This document shows, in pieces, positions 55,336 to 64,000 of a stretch of DNA of 64,000 nt. Numbering within the stretch: position 1 is the first letter of the stretch; each line of letters begins with the position of its first letter. The position numbers and the translations under genes were made by a program. Source of the DNA: Bryobacterales bacterium (GTDB lineage: Bacteria; Acidobacteriota; Terriglobia; Bryobacterales; UBA6623); the NCBI GenBank assembly GCA_963422375.2, contig OY729427.2, positions 832,001 through 896,000 of the forward strand, written 5' to 3'. The notes under the pieces are model-generated. The model was not told where the DNA came from, ran no database searches, and saw only the letters and a list, made by a program, of their open reading frames with translations.

Positions 55336-56235
55336 ATGTCTTCGGGAGCAGCAAACCCAGCAGGCCGTCCCGTCAAAGCAGATGCTCTCGGAACCGCCGG
55401 GCGCGTCGCGCCCCACCCCATCACTCTCGACGGAGCGGCGACGCTGCACCAGATGTTCCGCATGAAGTGGGCTGCGTGGCGCGCCGTCGACCCGGCCGAG
55501 CGCGACGCCATCATCACCGAAGCCGTCTCGGCACTGGGCGCGATGGAAAGGGACGGACCCGGAAGCTCGGCGCTGTTCTCCATGCTGGGCCACAAGGGCG
55601 ACCTGCTGGCGCTGCACTTCCGACCGGATTTCGAGCAGCTGGGTCGCGCCGAGCTGGCGGTCTCCGGCCTACGCCTGCACGAGTTTCTGGAGCCCACCTC
55701 CTCATACGTCTCCGTGGTCGAGCTGGGCTTGTACGATTCGTCGGTCAAGCTCTACAGGGACCTCGCGGCCGAGGGGCTCGAGCAGGACAGCCCCGCGTGG
55801 GCCGAGCGAGTGCGCCTCCGGGCGGGCGAGCAGGCAGCGGCCATGGCGCCGCGCCTGAATCCGCCGATGCCCCCGCACAAGTACCTTTGCTTCTACCCCA
55901 TGGACAAACGCCGCGGCGAGCGCGAGAACTGGTACAGCGAGCCTATCGGCGCACGCGCCGCCATGATGCGGGAGCACGGCATGATCGGCCGCCGGTACGC
56001 GGGACGGGTCAAGCAGATCATATCCGGCTCCATAGGCTTCGACGACTGGGAATGGGGCGTGGACCTATTCGCTAACGACCCGCTGGTCTTCAAGCAGCTG
56101 ATTTACGAGATGCGCTTCGACAAGGCCAGCGCGGTCTTCGCGCTCTTCGGACCGTTCTACCTCAGCATCCGCCTCAGGGCCTCCGAACTCGGCAGCTGGC
56201 TCGGGGCCGCCGACCCCGCCTTCGGGGCCGGCTGA
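55336..56235 (+). CDS. chdC: Coproheme decarboxylase (HemQ/ChdC, chlorite-dismutase fold)
   Basis: GHKGDL, SYVSVVELGLY, CFYPMDKRR..NWY, MMREHG.IGRRYAG.VKQII.GSIGFDDWEWGV, YEMRFD. Confidence 0.85.
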   Translation: MSSGAANPAGRPVKADALGTAGRVAPHPITLDGAATLHQMFRMKWAAWRAVDPAERDAIITEAVSALGAMERDGPGSSALFSMLGHKGDLLALHFRPDFEQLGRAELAVSGLRLHEFLEPTSSYVSVVELGLYDSSVKLYRDLAAEGLEQDSPAWAERVRLRAGEQAAAMAPRLNPPMPPHKYLCFYPMDKRRGERENWYSEPIGARAAMMREHGMIGRRYAGRVKQIISGSIGFDDWEWGVDLFANDPLVFKQLIYEMRFDKASAVFALFGPFYLSIRLRASELGSWLGAADPAFGAG

Positions 56236-56316
56236 CTTCACGCGCCGCACCGAGGTCTGCCGAGATTCGACTTGGCCGAACCAGTGCTGGTACGATTCAT
56301 GCGACGGGTATCCGCT

Positions 56317-57117
56317 ATGCCTTCGTCCCGCAAGCGAGCTGGCCCAGGACCATTGGCACTCGCGGCGGCTGCCTGCGCCCTGCTGGCGGCGAGCTCCCGC
56401 GGCGCCGAGTTCAAGCTCGCCTTCACCGGCTCGGGATCGAGCCCGGCCTTGCAAGGCGTCCGTCTGGGGATCGACGAGTCCAACCTCCAGGGAGAGTTCC
56501 TCGGAGTGCGGCTCTCGCTTGTCGAGTCGGAGGGCACCTCGGTCCCGAGCGACGCTGTAGCCGTCTTCGCGGACCGGCCCGGCGAGATCCCCGAAGTGGC
56601 GTCTGCGGCCTCCTCCCGAGCCGTCTTCAATCTCAGCGACGACTCCGACGACCTCCGGTCCGCGTGCCTGGAGAACGCCCTTCACGTGATACCCAGCGCG
56701 CAGATGAAGGCCGACGCGGTGCGGCAGTGGCTGCAGCGCAGCCCGGAAGCCACGGTCACCGCTGCCGCCTGGCACGGCGACGCGGTGAAATTCGCCGCCC
56801 GGGATCTGAACAAGCGCTATAAGCGGCGCGCCGGAACCGCCATGGGCCCTTTGGCATGGGCCGGGTGGTTCGCGGCGCGCGCGGTAGGCGACACGCTGAT
56901 GCGCGAGCCGGGGGCAGACGCCGAGAGGCTGCTGCGCCTGCTCAAGAAAGCCGAGGGCCTGGACGGGCAGAAGGGCGACGCCCAGAGCTTCCGGGCGAGT
57001 GGCCAGCTGCGCCAGCCGCTGGTGCTAGTGGGCTCGTCCGGCGCGCTGCTCGGCGAGGCGCCGGTGCGCAGCGCGGCCGGCGGCTTGGACAGCCTGGGAA
57101 AACTACCCTGCGAGTGA
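56317..57117 (+). CDS. Secreted substrate-binding-like protein (resembles the PQQ-catabolism-associated SBP)
   Basis: Signal peptide; GIDESNLQGEFLG, WH...KFAARDLNKRY, DGQKG..SFR..GQLRQP, LDSLG...C. Confidence 0.7.
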   Translation: MPSSRKRAGPGPLALAAAACALLAASSRGAEFKLAFTGSGSSPALQGVRLGIDESNLQGEFLGVRLSLVESEGTSVPSDAVAVFADRPGEIPEVASAASSRAVFNLSDDSDDLRSACLENALHVIPSAQMKADAVRQWLQRSPEATVTAAAWHGDAVKFAARDLNKRYKRRAGTAMGPLAWAGWFAARAVGDTLMREPGADAERLLRLLKKAEGLDGQKGDAQSFRASGQLRQPLVLVGSSGALLGEAPVRSAAGGLDSLGKLPCE

Positions 57118-57121
57118 CGCG

Positions 57122-58084
57122 ATGCTTCGATCGGCCCCGGCGATCCTCCTGCTCTCCTGCCTGTCTCTGCTGAGCGGCGAGCCGACATACCGGCTTTTCG
57201 TGAGCAACGAGGCAGGCGATTCCGTGACGGTTATCGACAGCCGCAGCGGCGAGGTCGAACGGACCGTGGAAGTGGGCGGACGCCCGCGGGGCATTGGCTT
57301 CAGCCCGGACCGCTCGAAGGTCTACGTCGCGCTAGGCGACGAGAATGCGATAGGCGTAGTCGACGCCAAGAGCCTGCGGCTGGAGCGCAAGATTCCGGCC
57401 GGGTCGGATCCGGAAGCGTTCGCTGTGCATCCCAACGGCACGATCTACCTGTCGAACGAGGACGACGGGCTAGCGACCGCGCTGGACCCCCTGTCCGGGA
57501 AGATCCTGGCCGAGATCAAGGTAGGGCTCGAGCCCGAGGGCGTCGGCGTCAGCCCCGACGGCAAGCACGTGCTGGTGACTAGCGAGTCCTCCAACATGGT
57601 GCATGTCATCTCCCAAGAGGACCACAAGCTGGTGGCGAACGTGCTGGTGGGAGCCCGGCCGCGGGAGGTGGCCTTCAGCCCCGACGGCAAGTATTTCTGG
57701 GTGACATCCGAGGTAGCCGGCCAGGTCTCAAAGGTTGATCGGTCCTCGCATCGCGTGGCGGCAGTCAACCGCAGGCTCCGGCGCGAGGTGAACCCCCGGG
57801 TCAAGCCGAAGGGAATCCTGCTGAGCCCCGGCGGCGACCGCCTCTACGTGTCGCTCGGGCGCGGCAACGCGGTCGCCGTGCTGGATCCGGACACGCTCGA
57901 GTTGCAGGGCAGCGTGGGGGTCGGGGTCCGCGCCTGGGGCCTGGCCCTGTCGCGCGACGGGTCGCGCCTCTATACGGCCAACGGCCCGGACGCCACGGTG
58001 TCGGTGGTCGACACGGGAACGCTGGCCGAGATCGCGACGATCCCGACCGGTCCGATGCCGTGGGGCATCGCGCTGGATGACTAG
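57122..58084 (+). CDS. Secreted YVTN-type beta-propeller protein
   Basis: About seven repeats of VG..P.G...SPDG...YV. Confidence 0.85.
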   Translation: MLRSAPAILLLSCLSLLSGEPTYRLFVSNEAGDSVTVIDSRSGEVERTVEVGGRPRGIGFSPDRSKVYVALGDENAIGVVDAKSLRLERKIPAGSDPEAFAVHPNGTIYLSNEDDGLATALDPLSGKILAEIKVGLEPEGVGVSPDGKHVLVTSESSNMVHVISQEDHKLVANVLVGARPREVAFSPDGKYFWVTSEVAGQVSKVDRSSHRVAAVNRRLRREVNPRVKPKGILLSPGGDRLYVSLGRGNAVAVLDPDTLELQGSVGVGVRAWGLALSRDGSRLYTANGPDATVSVVDTGTLAEIATIPTGPMPWGIALDD

Positions 58085-59018
58085 CGGAACGCTCCGGTCG
58101 CTGGCCGCTCTGTGCCTCGCCGGCGCTCTCCAGCCGGCGCCGGCCGCGCGCGATCTCGAAGCGATCGGCTGGAAGCTGTTCTTCGATCCCCTGCTGTCGG
58201 CCCCGCGCAACACGTCCTGCGGCACCTGCCACGTCCCCGAGCACGGCTTCGAGTCGGGTGTCGCGCTGGGCAAGGGGGCCTACGACGACGTGTTGCCGCG
58301 CAACGCGCCGACAGTGGTCAACCTGGCGACAGCCGAATACTTCTTCTGGGACGGGCGGGCCGAGTCGCTCGAGGACCAAGCCAAGGGACCGATCCAGAAC
58401 CCCATCGAGATGAACCTGTCTCTCGAAGAAGCCGTACGGCGCGTGCGCGCCGACCCGCCGTACGCCCGGGCCTTCGCCCGGGCCGGCGTGGAGGACGTAA
58501 CGATCGACGCGATCACCCGGGCGATCGCAGCCTTCGAGAGGAGCCTGGAGACGGGCCCGACGCTGTACGACAAGTGGCTGGAGGGGGACCGGTCCGTCTT
58601 CGGCGACGCGCAGGAGCGCGGCCGGTTGATCTTCTTCACTCGCGGCCAGTGCGCCACCTGCCACTTCGGGCCCAACCACACCGACGGAATGTTCCACAAC
58701 ATCGGCACCGGAACGGCGGCAGACCCGGGCCGGTCGGCGGTCAGCAAGGACGATTACGACCTAGGAGCGTTCAAGACGCCCTCCCTGCGCAATTGGAAGG
58801 GTCGCGAGCCCTTCATGCACGACGGCCGCTTCGCGACGCTCGACGAGGTCCTGGACTTCTACAACGAGCCTAAGACCGGCGCGATCGGCGAGACCGAGCT
58901 CGACCCGCTGGGGCTGACCGAACAGGAGCACGCCGACCTCATGGCATTCCTTGAGACCCTGAACGGCTCGTGGCCCGACCTCGGCCCGTACGAAGCGGCT
59001 TGGAACGCGCTGCAGTAG
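58077..59018 (+). CDS. Di-heme cytochrome c peroxidase / MauG-superfamily protein
   Basis: LFFDP.LS..SCGTCH, RNAP, FWDGRA.SLE.QA, CATCH, FKTPSLRN, PFMHDG. Confidence 0.9.
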   Translation: MTSGTLRSLAALCLAGALQPAPAARDLEAIGWKLFFDPLLSAPRNTSCGTCHVPEHGFESGVALGKGAYDDVLPRNAPTVVNLATAEYFFWDGRAESLEDQAKGPIQNPIEMNLSLEEAVRRVRADPPYARAFARAGVEDVTIDAITRAIAAFERSLETGPTLYDKWLEGDRSVFGDAQERGRLIFFTRGQCATCHFGPNHTDGMFHNIGTGTAADPGRSAVSKDDYDLGAFKTPSLRNWKGREPFMHDGRFATLDEVLDFYNEPKTGAIGETELDPLGLTEQEHADLMAFLETLNGSWPDLGPYEAAWNALQ

Positions 59019-59049
59019 GCTGCTCCCCTCCCCCGCCCCGCAACCAGCC

Positions 59050-60297
59050 GTGACGCTGCTTCCCGACGAACCCAGGTGGCGCCGCTGGATCGCCCTGGCG
59101 GCATTCGGCGCGACCGCGGCGAATCTCGCGTCCATCGCCGCCGCGCATGCCATCCTCGCCGTCGGGCTGGCCTTGCTGCTGCTGCGCCCTGCCAGGGTTC
59201 GCTTCCCGCCGGCCGCTTGGCCGCTCGCGGCGCTGGCGGCGTGGACGCTGGCAGCCGCCGCCGTTTCCGAAGACCCGGCCGCGGCGCTGCCCCAGATCAA
59301 GAAGTTCTTCGTCTTCGCGATCCTGCCATTGGCCTACACGGCGTTCCGCTCGGCCGACGCCTGCCGACGCGCGGCCGAGTCGTGGTACGTCGTCACGCTC
59401 GGCGCCTGCTGCGTCGCGACGGCGCAGTTCGCGGCCGCGACGCTGCGCGCCGGCACCCTGGACAGCGAGTTCTACAGGCTCTACGTGGACGACCGCGTGA
59501 CCGGGTTCTACAGCCACTGGATGACCTTCAGCCAGGCCTCCGTGCTGGTCCTGCTCACCCTGGCCTGCTACCTCGCGTTCGGGGAGCGGCGCAAGGGAGC
59601 CGCGATCTGGGCCGCGGTCGGCGGCTTGCTGGCGGCGGCCCTCCTGCTCAGCTTCACGCGGAGCGCCTGGCTGGCCCTCGTAGCCGGCGGGATCTACCTG
59701 CTGGCAGTCAAGAGGCCGCGGCTGCTCCTAGCCATTCCGGTCGCGCTGGCCGCCATCTACCTGGCCGCTCCGGAAGCCGTGCAGCAGCGCGTCCGGTCGA
59801 TCCGGCCCGGCGCCAATCAAGCGCGCATCGTGATGTGGCGGACCGGGCTGAACATGATTTGGGACCGTCCATTGGCGGGCGTGGGACCGGAGCGGGCCGG
59901 ACCGCTCTTCTCCGAGTACCAGCCCGAGGACGTGGGGGAGCTGCCGCCGGGATTCTACGGGCACCTGCACAACGTTTTCGTCCACTACGCGGCCGAGCGA
60001 GGGATCCCGGCGGCGCTGATCGTGCTGTGGCTGTTCGCACAGGTGCTGCTCGACATGCGCCGCGGCCTGCGAGCGCTGCCCGACCGGCCGGACGACCGCC
60101 GGTTCCTGCTGCACGCCGGCGTCTGCGGCACCCTCGCGGTCGCCATCCTGAGCTGCTTCGACGTGTCCCTTGGAGACAGCGAGGTGCTGGCCGCGTACCT
60201 CGCGATCACGGCCATCGCCTACCGGGGAATGCCTGGCGCGAACGAGGCCCGGCCGCCCGGCGGGGCGGCCGGGAACAGCGGCGGCCCTGTGCCATGA
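59050..60297 (+). CDS. O-antigen ligase family membrane protein
   Basis: Many TM segments; SFTRSAW, R..MW..G......P..GVG, HLHNVF. Confidence 0.88.
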   Translation: MTLLPDEPRWRRWIALAAFGATAANLASIAAAHAILAVGLALLLLRPARVRFPPAAWPLAALAAWTLAAAAVSEDPAAALPQIKKFFVFAILPLAYTAFRSADACRRAAESWYVVTLGACCVATAQFAAATLRAGTLDSEFYRLYVDDRVTGFYSHWMTFSQASVLVLLTLACYLAFGERRKGAAIWAAVGGLLAAALLLSFTRSAWLALVAGGIYLLAVKRPRLLLAIPVALAAIYLAAPEAVQQRVRSIRPGANQARIVMWRTGLNMIWDRPLAGVGPERAGPLFSEYQPEDVGELPPGFYGHLHNVFVHYAAERGIPAALIVLWLFAQVLLDMRRGLRALPDRPDDRRFLLHAGVCGTLAVAILSCFDVSLGDSEVLAAYLAITAIAYRGMPGANEARPPGGAAGNSGGPVP

Positions 60298-60313
60298 TGG
60301 ACTGCTGGTTCGC

Positions 60314-61792
60314 ATGCAGTTCTCTCTCTCGGACGCCCCCCTTGAAGGCCTGGCAGCCGACGCGGCCATCGGATTCGTCTACGAAGGCGACGGCGGGCAG
60401 GTGCCCGGACTCGCTTACTGGAACGCCCTCTCCGGCGGGCTGGCCGGGGAGATGGCCGCGCGAGGCGAGTTCCGGGGAGGCTACGAGTCCGCGGCCGTGA
60501 TCCACCGGCCGGCCGGCATGCGCGCCGGGCGGCTGCTGCTAGCCGGCCTGGGACGGCCCGAGAAGATCGCGGCGTGGCGGTGGCGCGATGCCGCGGCCAG
60601 CGCCTGGCGGCAGCTGCGCACCACGGGTGCGCAGAGCCTAGCGGCGCTGATCCCGTACGGAGCGGCGGCCGACGAAGGGCTGCGGGCCGTCGTCGAGGGC
60701 ATCGCGCTGGCAGACTACGAGCCAGATCTTCACAAGACCTCCAACCGGAAGGAATCGTCCTTGGAGCGCGTGACGGTGACAGCGCCCGGGGCGACCCAAG
60801 CGGCCCTGGAGCGGGCCGTGTCGACGTCGCTGGGGCAGAACCGAGCCCGCGAGCTGGCGAACGAGCCGGGGAACCTGCTGCCGCCGAGGGAGCTCGCCGA
60901 CCGGGCCTTGGCGCTGGCGCGGGATTGCGGCCTGGCATGCGAAGTGCTCGACCGCGACGCGATGCGGGACCTCGGAATGGGAGCCTTGCTGGGCGTGGCC
61001 CAAGGCAGCGCTCGCGAGCCCGTAATGCTCCTGATCCGCTACCGGCCCGACGGCTCCGAGGCGCGTGGCGGGGCGCACCTCGGGCTGGTCGGGAAGGCGG
61101 TGACGTTCGACACCGGCGGGATCTCCCTGAAGCCTGCCGCCGACATGCACCTGATGAAGCACGACATGGCCGGCGGCGCGGCCATGATCGGCGCGATGCT
61201 GGCCATCGCCGCGGTCCGCCCGCGCATACCCGTCACGGCCGTGATCCCATCCGTGGAGAACATGCCGGGAGGCATGGCGCAGCGCCCGGGGGATATCGTC
61301 ACGACGATGGCCGGCAAGACGGTCGAGGTGCTGAACACGGACGCCGAGGGGCGCCTGATCCTCGCCGACGCGCTGGCGTACGCCAAGTCCCAGGGCTGCA
61401 CGCACCTAGTCGACGCCGCGACACTGACGGGCGCGATCGTGGTAGCGCTGGGTACCGACTACACGGGGCTGTTCGGCAACGACGATGCGTGGACGGAGCG
61501 GGTGCTGCAGGCGTCGCGAATCGCGGGCGAGAAGATGTGGCCCATGCCCCTGGGCGAAGAGTTCTCCAAGCTGCTCGAGAGCACGGTCGCGGACGTGGCG
61601 AACATCGGACCGCGCTGGGGCGGAGCGGTCACTGCGGCGGCCTTCCTCGAGCACTTCGCGGGCGACACGCCGTGGGTGCATCTCGACATCGCCGGCACCG
61701 CCTGGCACGAGAAGAAGCGCCCGCGCGCCCCGGTCGGGGCGACGGGCGTCGGCGTGCCGACGCTCGTGGAGCTCGCGCTGGGTCTCGAGTGA
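60314..61792 (+). CDS. pepA: Leucyl aminopeptidase (M17)
   Basis: GKAVTFDTGG, MKHDMAG, NTDAEGRL, ATLTGA, WVHLDIAG. Confidence 0.95.
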   Translation: MQFSLSDAPLEGLAADAAIGFVYEGDGGQVPGLAYWNALSGGLAGEMAARGEFRGGYESAAVIHRPAGMRAGRLLLAGLGRPEKIAAWRWRDAAASAWRQLRTTGAQSLAALIPYGAAADEGLRAVVEGIALADYEPDLHKTSNRKESSLERVTVTAPGATQAALERAVSTSLGQNRARELANEPGNLLPPRELADRALALARDCGLACEVLDRDAMRDLGMGALLGVAQGSAREPVMLLIRYRPDGSEARGGAHLGLVGKAVTFDTGGISLKPAADMHLMKHDMAGGAAMIGAMLAIAAVRPRIPVTAVIPSVENMPGGMAQRPGDIVTTMAGKTVEVLNTDAEGRLILADALAYAKSQGCTHLVDAATLTGAIVVALGTDYTGLFGNDDAWTERVLQASRIAGEKMWPMPLGEEFSKLLESTVADVANIGPRWGGAVTAAAFLEHFAGDTPWVHLDIAGTAWHEKKRPRAPVGATGVGVPTLVELALGLE

Positions 61793-61800
61793 TCCCCGGC

Positions 61801-62415
61801 CTAGTGGATCGTCGAGGCCCCTTCCATCCCCATGGGCCCGGCGGTGACATTGCGGTTGACGTGCCGGTCGAGGTTGATGACGTAGGTTTCGGGCGCGTTC
61901 AGCAGCTGCGGTGAGTGCGTCGCGGCGACGATGCGGAAGTTCCTGGAGTCCACGAGCTCCTTGAGCATCTTGAGGATGCGCCGCTGGTTCGACTGGGAGA
62001 GCGCCATCTCGGGCTCGTCCAGCAGCAGGACGGAGCCGTCGGGCAGCTGCGGGAAGGTCTCGCGGAAGAGCGAAAGCATCACCTGGCCGTGGCTGGCCGT
62101 CTCCAGGAATTCCCGCATGCCCGATTCTCCGTCATAGAGCGAGGGGTTGGTGCGCGGGTTGTGCTGCTCGGCATCGAACAGCAGCACCTTGCCCAGCTCC
62201 ACGTCGCGCCGGTCCAGCCGGTAGGCGTAGTTGTCGGCCCGCTCGTCCCTCAGGGCGTAGTGGATCGAGTGCAGGAGCGTGGACTTCCCGGATCCGTTCT
62301 CGCCTTCCAGCATGATCAGCGGGTGGGACAGGTCCACGATCATCGGCATGTGGAAATTGAGGTTCATGAAGACCGGATGGCTGAGGATCTTGAGGAACAT
62401 GCCTTCGACCAGCAT
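61801..62415 (-). CDS. Small stand-alone ABC-type ATPase
   Basis: GENGSGKST, SHGQ signature, LLLDEPE, ATHS. Confidence 0.85.
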   Translation of the reverse strand: MLVEGMFLKILSHPVFMNLNFHMPMIVDLSHPLIMLEGENGSGKSTLLHSIHYALRDERADNYAYRLDRRDVELGKVLLFDAEQHNPRTNPSLYDGESGMREFLETASHGQVMLSLFRETFPQLPDGSVLLLDEPEMALSQSNQRRILKMLKELVDSRNFRIVAATHSPQLLNAPETYVINLDRHVNRNVTAGPMGMEGASTIH

Positions 62416-62520
62416 AGCTTGCAGGCTCTCCGGGCCGGCACCTGCCCGGGGCAGGGCCGCAGTAAGATTGAGGGGACGCGCGGGTGCGAACGGCGGGAAC
62501 GCCGCCCCGCGCCCGGCTCC

Positions 62521-63321
62521 ATGCCAACCGGATGCAATATCGAGGTCCTCGGGTCGGGGACCAGCGTGGGCGTGCCGACGATAGGATGCGGCTGCCGGGT
62601 ATGCACTTCGCCGGATCCCCGCGACCGGCGCCTGCGTCCGTCGGTCCTGGTCCGCTTCGAGTCGGACGGGACCGAGCGGAACGTGGTCGTGGACACGTCC
62701 CCCGACTTCCGCCAGCAGGCCCTCGCCGCCGCGTTCAGGCGCTTGGACGCCATCCTGTTCACACACGACCACGCGGATCACATCATGGGCCTCGACGACG
62801 TGCGCCCGTTCAACTACAGGCGCGCGGATCGCATCCCCGTGTACGCATCGCAGGGGACGATGCGGTCCCTGCTGCGCGTGTTTCCGTACGGTTTCGCCGG
62901 CGAGGGGTCGCATCCGGGCGGCGTTCCGCGTCTCGAGGGCCGCTCCGTCGTGGGGGATCAGCCGATCGACGTGCATGGCATGCGTTTCCAGCCCTTCGGG
63001 GTCCATCACGGCCCCAAGCGCATTCTGGGCTTCCGCTTCGGCCGGGCGGCCTACGTCACCGACCAGACCGGCTTCCCGTCCGAGTCCCTGCCGTGGCTCG
63101 AGGGCTTGGACGTGCTGTTCCTCGGGGCGCTGCGCCACGAGCCCCATCCGATGCACTCCACGGTGCGGGAGGCGCTCGACTGGGTCGAGCGGCTCCAGCC
63201 GGAACGGGCGTTCTTCACCCATATCTGCCACGACCTGCCGCACAAGGAGACGAGCCGCGCTCTGCCGGACGGCGTGGCCCTCGCCTACGACGGCTTGCGG
63301 ATCGCCGTGAAGAACAGCTGA
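62521..63321 (+). CDS. PhnP-like metallo-beta-lactamase-fold hydrolase
   Basis: LGSGTSVGVP.IGC.C.VC, THDHADHIMGLDD, YVTD, THICH. Confidence 0.92.
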   Translation: MPTGCNIEVLGSGTSVGVPTIGCGCRVCTSPDPRDRRLRPSVLVRFESDGTERNVVVDTSPDFRQQALAAAFRRLDAILFTHDHADHIMGLDDVRPFNYRRADRIPVYASQGTMRSLLRVFPYGFAGEGSHPGGVPRLEGRSVVGDQPIDVHGMRFQPFGVHHGPKRILGFRFGRAAYVTDQTGFPSESLPWLEGLDVLFLGALRHEPHPMHSTVREALDWVERLQPERAFFTHICHDLPHKETSRALPDGVALAYDGLRIAVKNS

Positions 63322-63329
63322 GACCCGGA

Positions 63330-64000
63330 ATGGAAGGACACCGGCATGGCCGCGGGGCGGCTCCGGGCAGCGGCGGGCGCGCCTCTGTGACGATCGGAAA
63401 CTTCGACGGCGTCCACCTAGGGCACCGGGCGATCCTGCGGGCCGCCGCCGCCGCGGCGCGCCGGCGCCGCATCGACTCGGTGGCGGTCACATTCGATCCC
63501 CACCCGCTGCAGGTCGTCGCTCCCGGGCATGCTCCGCCGTCGCTCACGGGCATCGGGCACCGGGCGGAACTCATTCGCGAGCAGGGCATTGACCGAGTGG
63601 AGGTCCTGCCATTCACCGAGCGGATGGCGAGGCTGTCGCCGGGGGAGTTCGCCGAGAGCGTGCTGGCCGCCCGGCTCGGGGCCGCCCATGTGGTCGTCGG
63701 GCCCGACTTCCGATTCGGGAGGGGCCAGTCAGGCGACGCATCGGTCCTGCGCACGCTCGGAGGCAGGCTGGGCTTCGACCTCGCGGTCGCCGGCACCGTT
63801 GTAGTCGACGGCGAGCCCGTGAGCAGCACGAGGGTTCGCGCGCTGGTGCGGCAAGGGCTCGTAGAGCGGGCGCGCGCCCTGCTGGGACGCGACTTCTGCC
63901 TGCGGGGGCCGATCGTCCGAGGCGCCGGCATCGGATCGCGGAAGACCGTCCCGACGCTGAATCTAGCCCCGGAGAGCCAAGTGCTGCCGGCGGACGGCGT
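63330..64000 (+). CDS. ribF: Bifunctional riboflavin kinase/FAD synthetase (runs off the window; absent from the ORF track)
   Basis: Manual translation: TIGNFDGVHLGH, TFDPHP, VGPDFRFG, VSSTRVR, LLGR, G.GIG....PTLN. Confidence 0.93.
   Translation, partial: MEGHRHGRGAAPGSGGRASVTIGNFDGVHLGHRAILRAAAAAARRRRIDSVAVTFDPHPLQVVAPGHAPPSLTGIGHRAELIREQGIDRVEVLPFTERMARLSPGEFAESVLAARLGAAHVVVGPDFRFGRGQSGDASVLRTLGGRLGFDLAVAGTVVVDGEPVSSTRVRALVRQGLVERARALLGRDFCLRGPIVRGAGIGSRKTVPTLNLAPESQVLPADG

Overview
GC-rich bacterial chromosome segment. Gene content (mqnA/mqnC futalosine pathway, ChdC/HemQ, TPR-multiheme cytochrome, sulfatases) fits an Acidobacteriota-like organism, possibly host-associated; this is inference. 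About 37 host genes cover amino-acid synthesis (ilvD, thrC), the SAM cycle (metK, ahcY), menaquinone, glycan and sulfate-ester catabolism, a thiolase with an HMGS-like/DUF35 fusion, tex-rnhB, tadA, pduO, a kinase-dCMP deaminase fusion, hppA, pepA and a partial ribF. They are interspersed with about 11 insertion-sequence copies or relics from six families (IS1595, IS4, ISNCY, IS630, ISAzo13, TnpB), several with readable terminal repeats and target duplications. The most striking signal is mutational. Nearly every mobile element is eroded by directional T>C/A>G changes (W>R, L>P, Q>R, often CTG>CCG or CAG>CGG). A second signature, CCWG>CTWG, gives CTAG stop codons in relics and CTA/TTG/CAA synonymous codons in host genes. 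I found no rRNA, tRNA or CRISPR array. All calls come from reading the sequence; no database searches were run.
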